From an uncultured Thermodesulfobacteriota bacterium (GTDB lineage Bacteria > Desulfobacterota > JBBIRW01), in assembly GCA_964505185.1 (NCBI GenBank), contig CAZDGM010000002.1:72597-136596 (forward strand): 64,000 nt of DNA, written 5' to 3'. The translations under genes were made by a program, and so were the position numbers. This document shows positions 18,568 through 28,888 of this stretch, piece by piece (within the stretch, counting starts at the first letter, position 1; each line of letters opens with the position of its first letter). The notes beneath the pieces are model-generated. The model saw only the letters and a program-made list of their open reading frames with translations, was not told the origin of the DNA and did no database searches.

Positions 18568-19848
18568 CTAATTTTTATTATACGCCATTTTTGTATCCTC
18601 AATATAATTTTTGATCCCCTCTAATATCCCCTTTGCAATCTTCCTCCTGTATTCCCTGCTCTTCAATCTTTTCCCCTCATAAGGATTGCTTATAAATGAA
18701 ACTTCAACAAGAACTGACGGCATCCTTGCCCCTATGAGAACATAAAAGGGTGCCTGCTTTACACCAAGGTCATTTACATCTGTGTATCTTCCATTGAGAT
18801 TGAGAATTATTGATTTTTGAATATATGAAGCAAGCTTGCTGCTTTCCTTTATCTTTGAATTAAACATAAGATCATTCAGAATAAGCTGCAAATCATCAAG
18901 TTTCTTTAAAGAAATAGCATTCTCCCTTGCTGCAACACGCATAGCTTCTGGATCCTTTGTAAGGCTCAGAAAATATGTTTCAACACCCTTTGTGTTTCTC
19001 CTGCGGCTTGAATTGGCATGAATTGAAATGAAAATATCAGCCTTTTGAATATTTGCTATAGCTGTTCTCTCTTCAAGGGAAAGATATCTATCATCATTTC
19101 TTGTCAGGATAGCTGAAATGCCCAGTTCCCTTTCTATCATTTCTTTAAGCATTAATGATATATCAAGGACAAGATCTTTCTCCATCAATCCATCAACCCC
19201 TATTGCGCCTGAATCCTTACCACCATGCCCTGGATCGATAACAATTTTTTTGATAACCGCTGATAGATGATCTGCATTACCTTTTCCTTTTTCTTTGGTC
19301 TCTTTTCCTTCCTTCTCAATAATTTCTTTTATCTCTCCCCCCCTCTTTTCACTTCCATATACATCTATAACAATTCTTAAAGGTTCTTCGAGTGTAAATA
19401 TTCTATAATTGTCTATGCTCTCAATATCCAGAACAATCCTCACAACTTCAGGTGTATGCTGTCCGGCCCTTATCCTCTTTAACAGATTATTTTCAATCAG
19501 GATCGGTTCCCTGATCGATGGGCTTATCCTTGCATTAATGAGATCAATATAAAGACGTGGTGGTAAATCAATATTTTTGTCTTTCTTTAGCAATCTGTAT
19601 CTAAATTCCAATCTTCCATCAATATCAACAACAACCCTTGTATAATTCTTATCAGACCAGTATCTTATTCCCTTTACTAAACATCTCTCCTTTTTTGTTC
19701 TTACTGCGATGTTGTTTCCTTTCAGTTCTTTTTCCAGTTTGCTTCCCTGATAGGTTTTTGAATAAACATCCATGGCAGTCGTAATAATTATTAAAACTAA
19801 ATAAACGAGGTTCCTAAGCTCTAAATTTAAGATCCGCTTCTTTTCCAT
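18568..19848 (-). CDS. N-acetylmuramoyl-L-alanine amidase (AmiC-like, AMIN + Amidase_3)
   Basis: 426 aa with a signal/TM N-terminus, the Amidase_3 motif VIDPGHGGKDSGA and ISIHANS. Confidence 0.85.
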   Translation of the reverse strand: MEKKRILNLELRNLVYLVLIIITTAMDVYSKTYQGSKLEKELKGNNIAVRTKKERCLVKGIRYWSDKNYTRVVVDIDGRLEFRYRLLKKDKNIDLPPRLYIDLINARISPSIREPILIENNLLKRIRAGQHTPEVVRIVLDIESIDNYRIFTLEEPLRIVIDVYGSEKRGGEIKEIIEKEGKETKEKGKGNADHLSAVIKKIVIDPGHGGKDSGAIGVDGLMEKDLVLDISLMLKEMIERELGISAILTRNDDRYLSLEERTAIANIQKADIFISIHANSSRRRNTKGVETYFLSLTKDPEAMRVAARENAISLKKLDDLQLILNDLMFNSKIKESSKLASYIQKSIILNLNGRYTDVNDLGVKQAPFYVLIGARMPSVLVEVSFISNPYEGKRLKSREYRRKIAKGILEGIKNYIEDTKMAYNKN

Positions 19849-19887
19849 AATGATTCATTTACCGCTTTGTGGTGTAACAATTAAATT

Positions 19888-20172
19888 CTAATTCGTTGTT
19901 CTCACTTTCTGTAACTCTTCTTCAAGCTCCTTTATCCTTCTGTCTTTCCTTCTTATTTCTATCCTGCCCTTTATCATAGCGGATAATGAATAGATGATTC
20001 CTGTTATGACTCCGATCAGAAAGGATGCAATGATTACAACATAAAGAGGAGTTTCTCTTGTTTCTATTCCGAAATAATATACTATCTTTACAAGCTGATT
20101 ATTTTTTATGGAAAAGGTTATTATGAAAATGGCAGGGATAATAATCAGGATGTTTCTGAGGATTTTTAACAT
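19888..20172 (-). CDS. Small two-TM membrane protein, LapA/DUF1049-like
   Basis: 94 aa with two hydrophobic helices followed by a basic coiled-coil tail (RRKDRRIKELEEELQK). Confidence 0.5.
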   Translation of the reverse strand: MLKILRNILIIIPAIFIITFSIKNNQLVKIVYYFGIETRETPLYVVIIASFLIGVITGIIYSLSAMIKGRIEIRRKDRRIKELEEELQKVRTTN

Positions 20173-20663
20173 TTTAATTTATCAAAATGGGGCTTTAGTC
20201 TCTCATATGTAACCTCAAGGAATTCAGGCATCACCTTGACATCCGCTAATACAGGCATAAAATTTGTGTCTCCACTCCACCTTGGAACGATATGAAAGTG
20301 GAGATGATCTTCAACACCAGCACCGGCTACCCTTCCCAGATTCATCCCTATATTAAAACCATCTGGATAGAATTCCTTTTTTAAAATGATAACACACTCC
20401 CTTATCATCTCGAAAAGCTCCCTCATCTCCTCCGCCTCAAGTCTCTCAAGACTACCTTCGTGTCTAAGGGGTGATACCATAAGATGACCATTTGTGTATG
20501 GATATCTGTTCATAATAACAAAAACTTTATTCCCTCTATAGAGAATAAGACTTTTCCTGTCATCTCCTTCACCAGGAAGCAGACAGAAAATGCACTCCCT
20601 TTTTCTTTCATCAAGAATATATTCCATTCTCCATGGAGCCCAGAGAATCTGCATATTTATCAC
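20166..20663 (-). CDS. HIT (histidine triad) family hydrolase
   Basis: 165 aa with the HLHFHIVPR histidine triad. Confidence 0.75.
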   Translation of the reverse strand: MINMQILWAPWRMEYILDERKRECIFCLLPGEGDDRKSLILYRGNKVFVIMNRYPYTNGHLMVSPLRHEGSLERLEAEEMRELFEMIRECVIILKKEFYPDGFNIGMNLGRVAGAGVEDHLHFHIVPRWSGDTNFMPVLADVKVMPEFLEVTYERLKPHFDKLKC

Positions 20664-20787
20664 GCCATCTTTTCAAATATTATAGATCCAACAGGCGAAA
20701 TTGCAAGAAGTTTGTATTGATAAATGATCGTTGCTAAAGTTACTAAATTTGTGATAAATTATCTATTAGTTAGAAAGGAGGGGCAAT

Positions 20788-21087
20788 ATGAAGGAAAAAA
20801 TCCTAAAGAAGAAATTGACATCAGACTTTGGAAAAATCCTATTTGAGAGGAGGAAGGAGCTCGGTTTGACCCAGAAGGATGTTGCTGATAAGGTAGGTGT
20901 AAAGGCTAACTATATAAGCTACCTCGAGAAGAATCTCCGCAGACCCAGCCCCAAGATTATAAAATCGCTTGCTGAATGCCTTAAGGTTCATCCAGGCTAC
21001 CTCTACATTGCAGCTTATCCATTTGTAAGGGAGATTCTGCCTATAAATGAAAAAGCACTCAAGAAACCAAAGGCGGTGAAAAAATAA
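20788..21087 (+). CDS. XRE-family helix-turn-helix transcriptional regulator
   Basis: 99 aa, LGLTQKDVADKVGVKANYISYLEKN (HTH_3). Confidence 0.75.
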   Translation: MKEKILKKKLTSDFGKILFERRKELGLTQKDVADKVGVKANYISYLEKNLRRPSPKIIKSLAECLKVHPGYLYIAAYPFVREILPINEKALKKPKAVKK

Positions 21088-21107
21088 CTATACTTTCCTG
21101 AATGTTT

Positions 21108-21455
21108 TTACCTGAGGTATCTATCGCTGCCGTCGATAAAATCCTTTCGGGGTGGGCAGAATACATCAAGTGCTATAAGACCTTCATCCAGAACCTTTAT
21201 CCCATGAGGCTTATTCAGTGGTATATAAACAATATCCCCCTCTTTCAGCTCCCTCTCAATCCCGTCGAGCTTGATCAAAGCCCTTCCCTTCAAAATCATG
21301 GTATACTGCTCACTCTCATGAGTATGTGTTCTGATCTCGACATGGGGGTCAATAATAAATCTGCATATCATTGCCTTCTCACCCCACAGCATCTGCCTTT
21401 CAATCCCCTGCGATAGTTTCTCCCTTGGAATTTCATGCCAGTTATAAAATTTCAT
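21108..21455 (-). CDS. Cupin domain protein
   Basis: 115 aa with cupin motifs (H.H...E...G and P.G..H). Confidence 0.6.
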   Translation of the reverse strand: MKFYNWHEIPREKLSQGIERQMLWGEKAMICRFIIDPHVEIRTHTHESEQYTMILKGRALIKLDGIERELKEGDIVYIPLNKPHGIKVLDEGLIALDVFCPPRKDFIDGSDRYLR

Positions 21456-21480
21456 AAATTTTTAACCATTCATCTTGCTT

Positions 21481-23103
21481 TTAATGTCTTGGATTCATAA
21501 CTGAACGAAAACCAGACCCGAACTTTTGAAAGCCATTCATGTTAGGGAATCTCTTCCCGTTAGAAAATCCTGATCCTCGGGTAATCCAGTTTCCTGAAAA
21601 ATTCTTTGATTCTATAAATCCTCCGAGGCTTTTGCCCTTTATAACCGGACTTTGCCAATTCCTTTTAGTATCATTTCCAAAATGATTACTGGGACTTATT
21701 GGATTTTTAATGCTTCTTTCAAATCTTCTATTTTCAATGTTTACTCTATGGAGATCCTGCCTTATGGGAAACCTATCTTTTGCTAAAGACTCACCCCTTT
21801 CCCTTGTTCCTACTATTCTTGATCCCTTCTGTCCTTCGGAATTCACTTCCACCCTCTTTAGTGAATTCTCCCTGAAATGACCCTGTCTGTGGACCTTAAT
21901 CTCTTCATTTCTTATATCATTCTTATGGAGAGGTGGGGATTGAACGATCCTGCCCCTCTTCAATGGATCAAAGGTTAATCTTATCGGTTTGACTACAATC
22001 CTGTTTTTTATAACTGCATGTTTCTCCACCACTACTACTCCCCCTGGAAATCCATAGTTTATAGGCTTCACAACATTAATTCTATCGAATAAAAAAACCT
22101 CTCCTGGAGCAAGTGGCCCCCATGCTATCCATCCCGGCCCATATATCCAATATACTGCACCAGGTATCCATAAACCCCATTCAGTTCCAGGAACCCAGCA
22201 CCACCCCCATGCGGGCATATAAACCCATCGTCCATAATGATATGGTAACCAACCCCATGGCTCATAGGAGATCCATATCCATCCTGCCCTTGAACGCCAG
22301 AGCCAGTATCCATTAACATATGGTGCCCACCCCCAGTAAGTATAGGGTCTCCAGATGTATCCATAAACAGGCACATATATCCATCTTCCATATGTTTCCA
22401 GCTCATATTGTCCAAATTGTCCTGGGGAATCTATATAATCTGTTGATCTAACCTCCCTTTCATTAAATTCAGTTATCCATCCACCATGAACAATCCCCGC
22501 CGCAATGCTTATTCTATTATCTCTTATTACTGCTGTCATTCCATCCTTAATTAACCTTATTCCCCAGTTGCCTTCAACACTGATATCGCCCCTTTTTACT
22601 GATATTTCTACAACTCCCTCCTCATCCCTCAAATGAAACAATACTGGTCCCTTTGATGTAACCCTGTAGTTTGGACCATCAATTATGAGTTGAAGATTGC
22701 CCATGGTTTTCATACCGATCCTTCCTGAATTAAACCGTATGAGGGGCAGGGAATACTCCTCCACTGGTGAATTCATGATGAATGAGGTTCTGGATGATGC
22801 CCTTATCCTTGTCCCATCAGCCATCTCAATCTCAACCCTGCTCATCTCTCCTATTGTAACAAGATCGCCAGGGAGAATCGGCATGTTAACCATTATCTTT
22901 ACCCTTTCCTCAAGATCTTCTGCCTTTACTTCAACATTACCTTCAACATATGAAACCCTTCCAAGGCTATTTGTTGGCAGTGGCTTTGAAAACGCATATC
23001 TGATATTAAGGGGAATGGATAAAGCTAAGATTATGATTAATGGCAAGCGTTTTATACCTTCTTTAATCATCCCTAAACACTCCTTACCCATTAGACGATA
23101 CAA
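21481..23103 (-). CDS. Secreted FecR-domain-like protein with a central Trp/Tyr/Gly/Pro-rich repeat block and a disordered basic C-terminal tail
   Basis: 540 aa with an N-terminal hydrophobic signal. Residues ~40-230 form a beta-rich FecR-like region. Residues 238-330 contain about 18 Trp and 12 Tyr in a repeating pattern (...YGRWIYVPVYGYIWRPYTYWGWAPY..., W-x-P-G repeats). The C-terminus is rich in R/N/G/S/F with FG-like repeats. Confidence 0.55.
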   Translation of the reverse strand: MYRLMGKECLGMIKEGIKRLPLIIILALSIPLNIRYAFSKPLPTNSLGRVSYVEGNVEVKAEDLEERVKIMVNMPILPGDLVTIGEMSRVEIEMADGTRIRASSRTSFIMNSPVEEYSLPLIRFNSGRIGMKTMGNLQLIIDGPNYRVTSKGPVLFHLRDEEGVVEISVKRGDISVEGNWGIRLIKDGMTAVIRDNRISIAAGIVHGGWITEFNEREVRSTDYIDSPGQFGQYELETYGRWIYVPVYGYIWRPYTYWGWAPYVNGYWLWRSRAGWIWISYEPWGWLPYHYGRWVYMPAWGWCWVPGTEWGLWIPGAVYWIYGPGWIAWGPLAPGEVFLFDRINVVKPINYGFPGGVVVVEKHAVIKNRIVVKPIRLTFDPLKRGRIVQSPPLHKNDIRNEEIKVHRQGHFRENSLKRVEVNSEGQKGSRIVGTRERGESLAKDRFPIRQDLHRVNIENRRFERSIKNPISPSNHFGNDTKRNWQSPVIKGKSLGGFIESKNFSGNWITRGSGFSNGKRFPNMNGFQKFGSGFRSVMNPRH

Positions 23104-23117
23104 GGAGGGATTAAATT

Positions 23118-23402
23118 TTAGCTATTTATTATCTCCCTTAATTCCTTGCCCACTTTGAAAAAGGGGATTCTCTTCTCGGGTATCTTTACAATTTCACCCG
23201 TCTTTGGATTCCTTCCCTCCTTTGCAGCCCTCCTCTTTATCTTGAAAGAGCCAAAGCCCCTTATTTCAATCTTTTCTCCCCTCATAAGTGCTTCCTTCAT
23301 CGAATCGAAAATGAGGTTTACAATCATCTCGCTATCCTTTTTTTGAAGATTTGGCATCCTTTGGATCAGTCTTTCAATTAATTCACTTTTTGTCATATCC
23401 AA
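23118..23402 (-). CDS. Integration host factor / HU family DNA-binding protein (IHF beta-like)
   Basis: 94 aa; MTKSELIERL...GFGSFKIKRRAAKEGRNPKTGEIVKIPEKRIPFFKVGKELR matches the bacterial DNA-binding protein family signature. Confidence 0.8.
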   Translation of the reverse strand: MDMTKSELIERLIQRMPNLQKKDSEMIVNLIFDSMKEALMRGEKIEIRGFGSFKIKRRAAKEGRNPKTGEIVKIPEKRIPFFKVGKELREIINS

Positions 23403-23408
23403 CCCCCT

Positions 23409-24320
23409 TTAATGTATGCCAAATGGCCGGCTAAGATAATACACATTTATAAATCCTGCTATCCCTGAATCCTTTAAATAATCACTAAAAGATGATTTTC
23501 TGAAGAATAGATCCAGTATTGAAAATTTCCTTGATGGGTATATAACGTATGGCTCACCCTTTATTCCCGCAAGGGAGCTGGCGATCTTTATTGCATCATT
23601 AAGATCCCCCAGATCATCAATCAGCCCAATCTCTTTTGCCCTTCTGCCCGAAAAAAACCTTCCGTCAGCTATTTCCATAACCTTTTCAAGTTCAATTTTT
23701 CTCGATTCAGAAACTGCAGCCACAAACTGGGAGTGGATATCATCAATGACCTCCTGAACAAGCTTCCTTTCATCCTCGGACATATCTCTGAAAGGGGAAC
23801 CAACATCCTTGTATCTTCCGCTTTTTATCACATAACCCTTGAGACCAAGTTTGTTAAGAAGTTCCTCAAAATTTATAAATTGTGCAATCACACCTATGCT
23901 TCCCGTTATAGTTCCAGGATTTGCAACAATTCTATCTGAAGCACATGCAATGTAATAACCCCCAGATGTTGCAACAGCGCCCATGGATGTAACGACCTTC
24001 TTATTTTTTTCCTTTAATTTAAGGATCGCATTATAAATCTCCTGAGCTGCCGCAACCCCTCCACCAGGAGACTCAATTCTCAATACGATTGCCTTAACAT
24101 AAGGATCGGATCCATACCTCTCCAGTTCCTTCATAATCTCCCTTGATGAAGCGATAATACCACTTATCTCCACAACAGCAACCCTGTCACGAAAAGTCGA
24201 TAATCCACCGATGGTGAAAAATGTTATTATGAAAACAATAATTAAGAATGAGAGTAGAACACCTAACATTATAAAAAATGCATTTTTAAGAAATTTATAT
24301 CTTTCCTCAACCATTCTCAT
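23409..24320 (-). CDS. sppA: Signal peptide peptidase SppA (36K type, S49)
   Basis: 303 aa with an N-terminal TM and S49 protease core (GGGVAAAQEI, GAVATSGGYYIA). Confidence 0.8.
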   Translation of the reverse strand: MRMVEERYKFLKNAFFIMLGVLLSFLIIVFIITFFTIGGLSTFRDRVAVVEISGIIASSREIMKELERYGSDPYVKAIVLRIESPGGGVAAAQEIYNAILKLKEKNKKVVTSMGAVATSGGYYIACASDRIVANPGTITGSIGVIAQFINFEELLNKLGLKGYVIKSGRYKDVGSPFRDMSEDERKLVQEVIDDIHSQFVAAVSESRKIELEKVMEIADGRFFSGRRAKEIGLIDDLGDLNDAIKIASSLAGIKGEPYVIYPSRKFSILDLFFRKSSFSDYLKDSGIAGFINVYYLSRPFGIH

Positions 24321-26038
24321 CAGCTTTTTCTTTTCTGCCTGGCCTTAATCAAATCACCAATAGTTATCTTTGGAAATTCCTGAGATCTCAAAAATTCCTC
24401 AATCTCTTCTCTTGTTATCTTTTCCTCAAGCGTCCTTATGCTTAAAGATATCTTCCTGTCCCGCTCATTAACAGATGTTACCACTGCTGCAATCTCCTCA
24501 TCAACTTTTAAAACATTTTCCTTCTGTAAGCCCCTTACTTTTCCGAACTCGGAAACATGAACAAGACCTTCAACTCCTGGTTCCAATTCAACAAATGCAC
24601 CAAATTCTGTTATACTCCTGACCCTTCCCCTAACAACAGAGTTTACAGGATACCTTTCCCTTATATTCTCCCAGGGATTTTTTTCAAGTTGCTTAATACC
24701 GAGCGATATCTTTTCATTTTCCCTTTCTATCTGGAGGACAACAGCCTCAACAACGTCTCCCTTTTTAAACATTTCTGATGGATGTTTGATCCTCTGTGTC
24801 CATGAAATATCCGATATATGAACAAGACCATCAATCCCATCCTCGATTTCGACAAATATACCAAAATCGGCAATCTTTCTGATCCTTCCTTTTATTTTTG
24901 AACCCGGCGGATATTTCTTCATTATTCTTATCCAGGGATCCGGTTGTGTTTGCTTTAATCCAAGGACCATTTTCCTTGACTCCCTGTTTATATCCATGAT
25001 AACAGGATTAATAATTTCACCCATCGATACTATCTGGAACGGATATTTAACCTTTTTTGTCCATGTTAAATCACTGATATGAATTTTTCCCTCAATACCA
25101 GACTCAATCTCAACGATTGCTGCATCATCACTGAAACCGATAACCCTTGCCTTTACCTGCATACCAACCCTGTACTTACTGTCAACACTTTCCCACGGAT
25201 CCTGCATAAGCTGTTTCATGCCCAGTGAAACCCTTCCTGATTTTCTATCATACTTTGTTACAATAACTTTAACACTATCCCCTATGGAAAGAATATCCGA
25301 TGGATGGGAGATTCTACCCCATGAGATATCACTGATGTGGAGAAGGCCGTCTACTCCCCCTATATCAATAAATGCACCATAGTCCGTTATATTCTTTACA
25401 ATTCCATCAACAATCAGCCCTTCCCTCAAGCTTTCAATTGTCCTTTTTCTTACTCTGTCTCTTTCTTCTTCAAGCAATGCCTTTCTTGAAACAATGATAT
25501 TTGTTTTCTTTCTGTTTGCCTTAAGTATTTTGAATTGAAAACTTTTCCCAACAAGGGAATCAAAATCTTTAATCGGTCTGATATCTGCCTGTGAGCCTGG
25601 CAGAAATGCTCTCGCACCAATATCAACAATGAATCCGCCCTTAACACGTTCTACAATCTTCCCTTCTATTGAACCATTCTCTTTAATAACCTTTTCAATA
25701 GTTTCCCATATCTTATATTTGCTTGCTTTTTGCTTTGAGAGAAGAACAAATCCATCCTCTGTTTCCTTCCTTTCCACAAACACATCGATTCTATCGCCCT
25801 CTTTTATCTGAATCTTTCCATCTTGATCAATAAATTCAAAGATAGGTACCTGACCCTCAGATTTATATCCGATATCTACAACCACATACTCTGGATTTAT
25901 CTTAATTACCGTTCCTTTTAGAACCTCACCTTCCTCAACCCTTTTTACACTCTTTGAAAAAAGCTCCTCAAAGGATTCCTCCTCAACCTCGCTATAAATA
26001 TCATGTTTTTCCTCATTCTTTGATCTATCAACCATCAC
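24320..26038 (-). CDS. rpsA: 30S ribosomal protein S1
   Basis: 572 aa with six S1-domain repeats (G.V..I.D.GAF...). Confidence 0.9.
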   Translation of the reverse strand: MMVDRSKNEEKHDIYSEVEEESFEELFSKSVKRVEEGEVLKGTVIKINPEYVVVDIGYKSEGQVPIFEFIDQDGKIQIKEGDRIDVFVERKETEDGFVLLSKQKASKYKIWETIEKVIKENGSIEGKIVERVKGGFIVDIGARAFLPGSQADIRPIKDFDSLVGKSFQFKILKANRKKTNIIVSRKALLEEERDRVRKRTIESLREGLIVDGIVKNITDYGAFIDIGGVDGLLHISDISWGRISHPSDILSIGDSVKVIVTKYDRKSGRVSLGMKQLMQDPWESVDSKYRVGMQVKARVIGFSDDAAIVEIESGIEGKIHISDLTWTKKVKYPFQIVSMGEIINPVIMDINRESRKMVLGLKQTQPDPWIRIMKKYPPGSKIKGRIRKIADFGIFVEIEDGIDGLVHISDISWTQRIKHPSEMFKKGDVVEAVVLQIERENEKISLGIKQLEKNPWENIRERYPVNSVVRGRVRSITEFGAFVELEPGVEGLVHVSEFGKVRGLQKENVLKVDEEIAAVVTSVNERDRKISLSIRTLEEKITREEIEEFLRSQEFPKITIGDLIKARQKRKS

Positions 26039-26045
26039 TCAACTC

Positions 26046-26900
26046 CTATTGAATTATTACTGTATCACCAAAACTTTTTATCCTTTCAACCACTTCGTTT
26101 ATTACCCAATCAGGCGTTGATGCACCTGCAGTGATACCGACGCTCTTTGCATTATAAAACCACTCCATTCTTAATTCGTCCGCAATTTCAACATGATATG
26201 TCTTTGGATTAATTTCGTGGCACATTTGTGCGATTCTCTTTGTATTGGCGCTGTTATAACCACCAACAACAATCATACAGTCAACATTCGATGCAATCCT
26301 GCATGAATTCTGCTGATTAATTAATGTTGCATTGCAAAGCGTATTCATATATCTCAATTCTTTAACCTTACCAATTAATTTTAACACAACTTCTTTAACT
26401 CTCTCAGGGGATTGTGTTGTTTGTGCAACAATTCCCACTCTATCCTTTTTTGTAAATTTATTTAGAAGATTCTCATCTGCTATGGCAATTCTTCCAGGAT
26501 AACCATAACTCATTATGCTTTTCACTTCGGGATGATCCTCATCACCAACCACAACGACGAAGTAACCTTCCCTTGAAAAAAGGGATGTATATTCTTGAAC
26601 CCTTTTTACAAAAGGGCATGTTGCATCTATAATCTTTAAACCTTTATCCTGGGCCTTCTTAAGCTCGGGATAGGTTATACCATGTGATCTTATAATAACC
26701 CTGCCTTCATCTATCTCATCAACGGATGCGATGCTTTTGAGACCCATTTCTTCCATCCTCTTTACCATCTGCGGATTATGTATTATGTCACCAAGGCTGA
26801 AAATTGGTGAGAAATCCTCCTCGATGGCTTTATAGGCTATGCTGATTGCCCTTTTAACGCCAAAACAAAAACCAGCACTTGGAGCAATGTATATCTCCAT
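26046..26900 (-). CDS. ispH: 4-hydroxy-3-methylbut-2-enyl diphosphate reductase (IspH/LytB)
   Basis: 284 aa, MEIYIAPSAGFCFGVKRAI..., with the conserved Cys triad of LytB. Confidence 0.9.
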   Translation of the reverse strand: MEIYIAPSAGFCFGVKRAISIAYKAIEEDFSPIFSLGDIIHNPQMVKRMEEMGLKSIASVDEIDEGRVIIRSHGITYPELKKAQDKGLKIIDATCPFVKRVQEYTSLFSREGYFVVVVGDEDHPEVKSIMSYGYPGRIAIADENLLNKFTKKDRVGIVAQTTQSPERVKEVVLKLIGKVKELRYMNTLCNATLINQQNSCRIASNVDCMIVVGGYNSANTKRIAQMCHEINPKTYHVEIADELRMEWFYNAKSVGITAGASTPDWVINEVVERIKSFGDTVIIQ

Positions 26901-26903
26901 TTA

Positions 26904-27596
26904 TTATTTTCCTCCAGTATGGGAAAGGAGTGGTTTTATATATTGTAACATCAATTCCACAACCTCGTCTATACTCATGAAGGTGGAATCTATACGGATA
27001 CTATCAGAAGGTGCACGAAGTGGCGAGATCTTTCTTGTGCTATCATAGGCATCCCTCTTCAATACCTCTCCCTCAACAACTTTCCTTTCAATCACCACCC
27101 CTTTTTCCTTGAGTTGCAACCACCTTCTTCGACCTCTTTCTTCGAGACTTGCATCAAGATAAAATTTTATTTCCGCATCAGGAACAACCTCGCTTCCCGT
27201 ATCCCTCCCTTCCAGAACCACACCCCCTCTTTCTGAAAGCTTTCTTTGCAATTGTGTAAGAACAACTCTTACCTTTTTAAATCCGGACACCTTTGAAGTT
27301 ATCATATCTATTTCTGGATCCCTTATCCTGTCAGTTACATCCTCACCATTACAGAGAACCCTTGTATCTTTCCCTTTTTGTATGAAATCTATCTCCACAT
27401 GATCCATAAATCTCTCCACTTCTTTCTCGTCTTCGAGATTGATGCCGCTCTTATATATGGAGTAAGCCACTGCCCGATACATGGCACCCGTGTCTATGTA
27501 GTTATACCCTAACCTTTCTGCAAGGATTCTACCCGCAGAGCTTTTCCCTGCCCCTGAAGGGCCATCAATAGTAATCACAATACCATTTCCCCTCAT
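26904..27596 (-). CDS. cmk: Cytidylate kinase
   Basis: 230 aa with P-loop ITIDGPSGAGKSS. It sits in the conserved aroA-cmk-rpsA arrangement. Confidence 0.9.
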   Translation of the reverse strand: MRGNGIVITIDGPSGAGKSSAGRILAERLGYNYIDTGAMYRAVAYSIYKSGINLEDEKEVERFMDHVEIDFIQKGKDTRVLCNGEDVTDRIRDPEIDMITSKVSGFKKVRVVLTQLQRKLSERGGVVLEGRDTGSEVVPDAEIKFYLDASLEERGRRRWLQLKEKGVVIERKVVEGEVLKRDAYDSTRKISPLRAPSDSIRIDSTFMSIDEVVELMLQYIKPLLSHTGGK

Positions 27597-28888
27597 GAAT
27601 TCCCGAAAATAACAGTATTCCTCAGGAGTTCAAAGAAAGAAGGGAATGAGGTCCTAATACACTCAATCCCCCTTACCTCTGACTCGCCCTCAGCAATAAG
27701 GGAGGCTATTATAAGTGCCATTGCAACGCGGTGGTCACCGTGGCTCTCAAAAACTGCGCTATCTATTCTCCCCTTTCCCTCAATGATCATCCCATCCTCA
27801 AGCTCCTCAACCTTTACACCCATCTTCATTAATTCACTGCACATCGACTTAATTCTGTCGGACTCCTTTACCCTCAGCTCAGAGGCATCCCTTATCTCCG
27901 TCTCTCCCTCTGCCATTGCAGCTGCAATACATAATACAGGTATTTCATCTATGAGCCTTGGAATCAGGGGGCCTGATATTTTAATCCCTTTGAGTCTACT
28001 TGCTTTTACATATAGATCGGCAACATCTTCCTCACAGATTTTTCTTAGATTCATTATTTCAATATTTCCACCCATCTGTTTCAGCACATCGATTATTCCA
28101 CTTCTTGTGTAATTCACTCCAACATTTTTAACCAGAAGTTCACTATTGTTCAGTAAAAGAGCTGCAACAATAAAAAATGATGCTGATGAAAGATCGCCTG
28201 GTATAAAAATCTCCCTCGCCTCTGGTTGCTGATGACCTTTTATACTTATCTTTAAATTATTTCTTGAGAGATTTACACCAAAATAGGAAAGCATCCTCTC
28301 GGTATGATCTCTTGATTGAATAGGTTCTTCTATTTCCGTGATTCCATCAGCATAAATTCCAGCAAAGAGGATGCATGACTTAACCTGAGCACTTGCAACG
28401 TTCATCTTGTATGATATTGCCTTTAGTCTTCCACCTTTTATCACAAGAGGTGCAAAGCCACCTTCTCGTGAAAGTACTTCTGCACCCATTAATCTCAATG
28501 GTTCCAATATTCTACCCATCGGTCTCCTTCTAAGAGATTCATCACCCGTAATCACAGAAAGGAAATCCTGTCCGCTGAGGATCCCTGATATCAGCCGCAT
28601 GGTTGTTCCTGAATTTCCCGCATCAATTACATCTGAAGGCTCCTTAAGACCGAAAAGCTCTCTCCCTTTTATTATCAGATCAGCATTTCTTTGCTCCACA
28701 TCCACCCCCATCATCTCGAATGCCTTCAATGTCCTGGTGTTATCTTCACCCTTTAAATAGCTGTAAATGCAGCTAACACCCCTTGCAACTGATGAGATCA
28801 TTATTGCCCGGTGCGTTATGGATTTGTCACCAGGAGGAACAATCTCTCCCTCAATCCTCCTTGCTCTTCCAAGCCTTACACTCTCCAT
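27593..28888 (-). CDS. aroA: 3-phosphoshikimate 1-carboxyvinyltransferase (EPSP synthase)
   Basis: 431 aa with EPSP synthase motifs (GDKSITHR, DxxNSGTTMRL). Confidence 0.9.
   Translation of the reverse strand: MESVRLGRARRIEGEIVPPGDKSITHRAIMISSVARGVSCIYSYLKGEDNTRTLKAFEMMGVDVEQRNADLIIKGRELFGLKEPSDVIDAGNSGTTMRLISGILSGQDFLSVITGDESLRRRPMGRILEPLRLMGAEVLSREGGFAPLVIKGGRLKAISYKMNVASAQVKSCILFAGIYADGITEIEEPIQSRDHTERMLSYFGVNLSRNNLKISIKGHQQPEAREIFIPGDLSSASFFIVAALLLNNSELLVKNVGVNYTRSGIIDVLKQMGGNIEIMNLRKICEEDVADLYVKASRLKGIKISGPLIPRLIDEIPVLCIAAAMAEGETEIRDASELRVKESDRIKSMCSELMKMGVKVEELEDGMIIEGKGRIDSAVFESHGDHRVAMALIIASLIAEGESEVRGIECIRTSFPSFFELLRNTVIFGNS

Noticed and set aside
22113-22415. Antisense and alternative-frame ORFs (22113-22316 plus strand, 22125-22415 minus strand) inside the FecR-like gene
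   Set aside because: They are produced by the periodic Trp/Gly/Pro codon repeat (TGG/CCA-rich), which keeps several frames open. There is no independent support.
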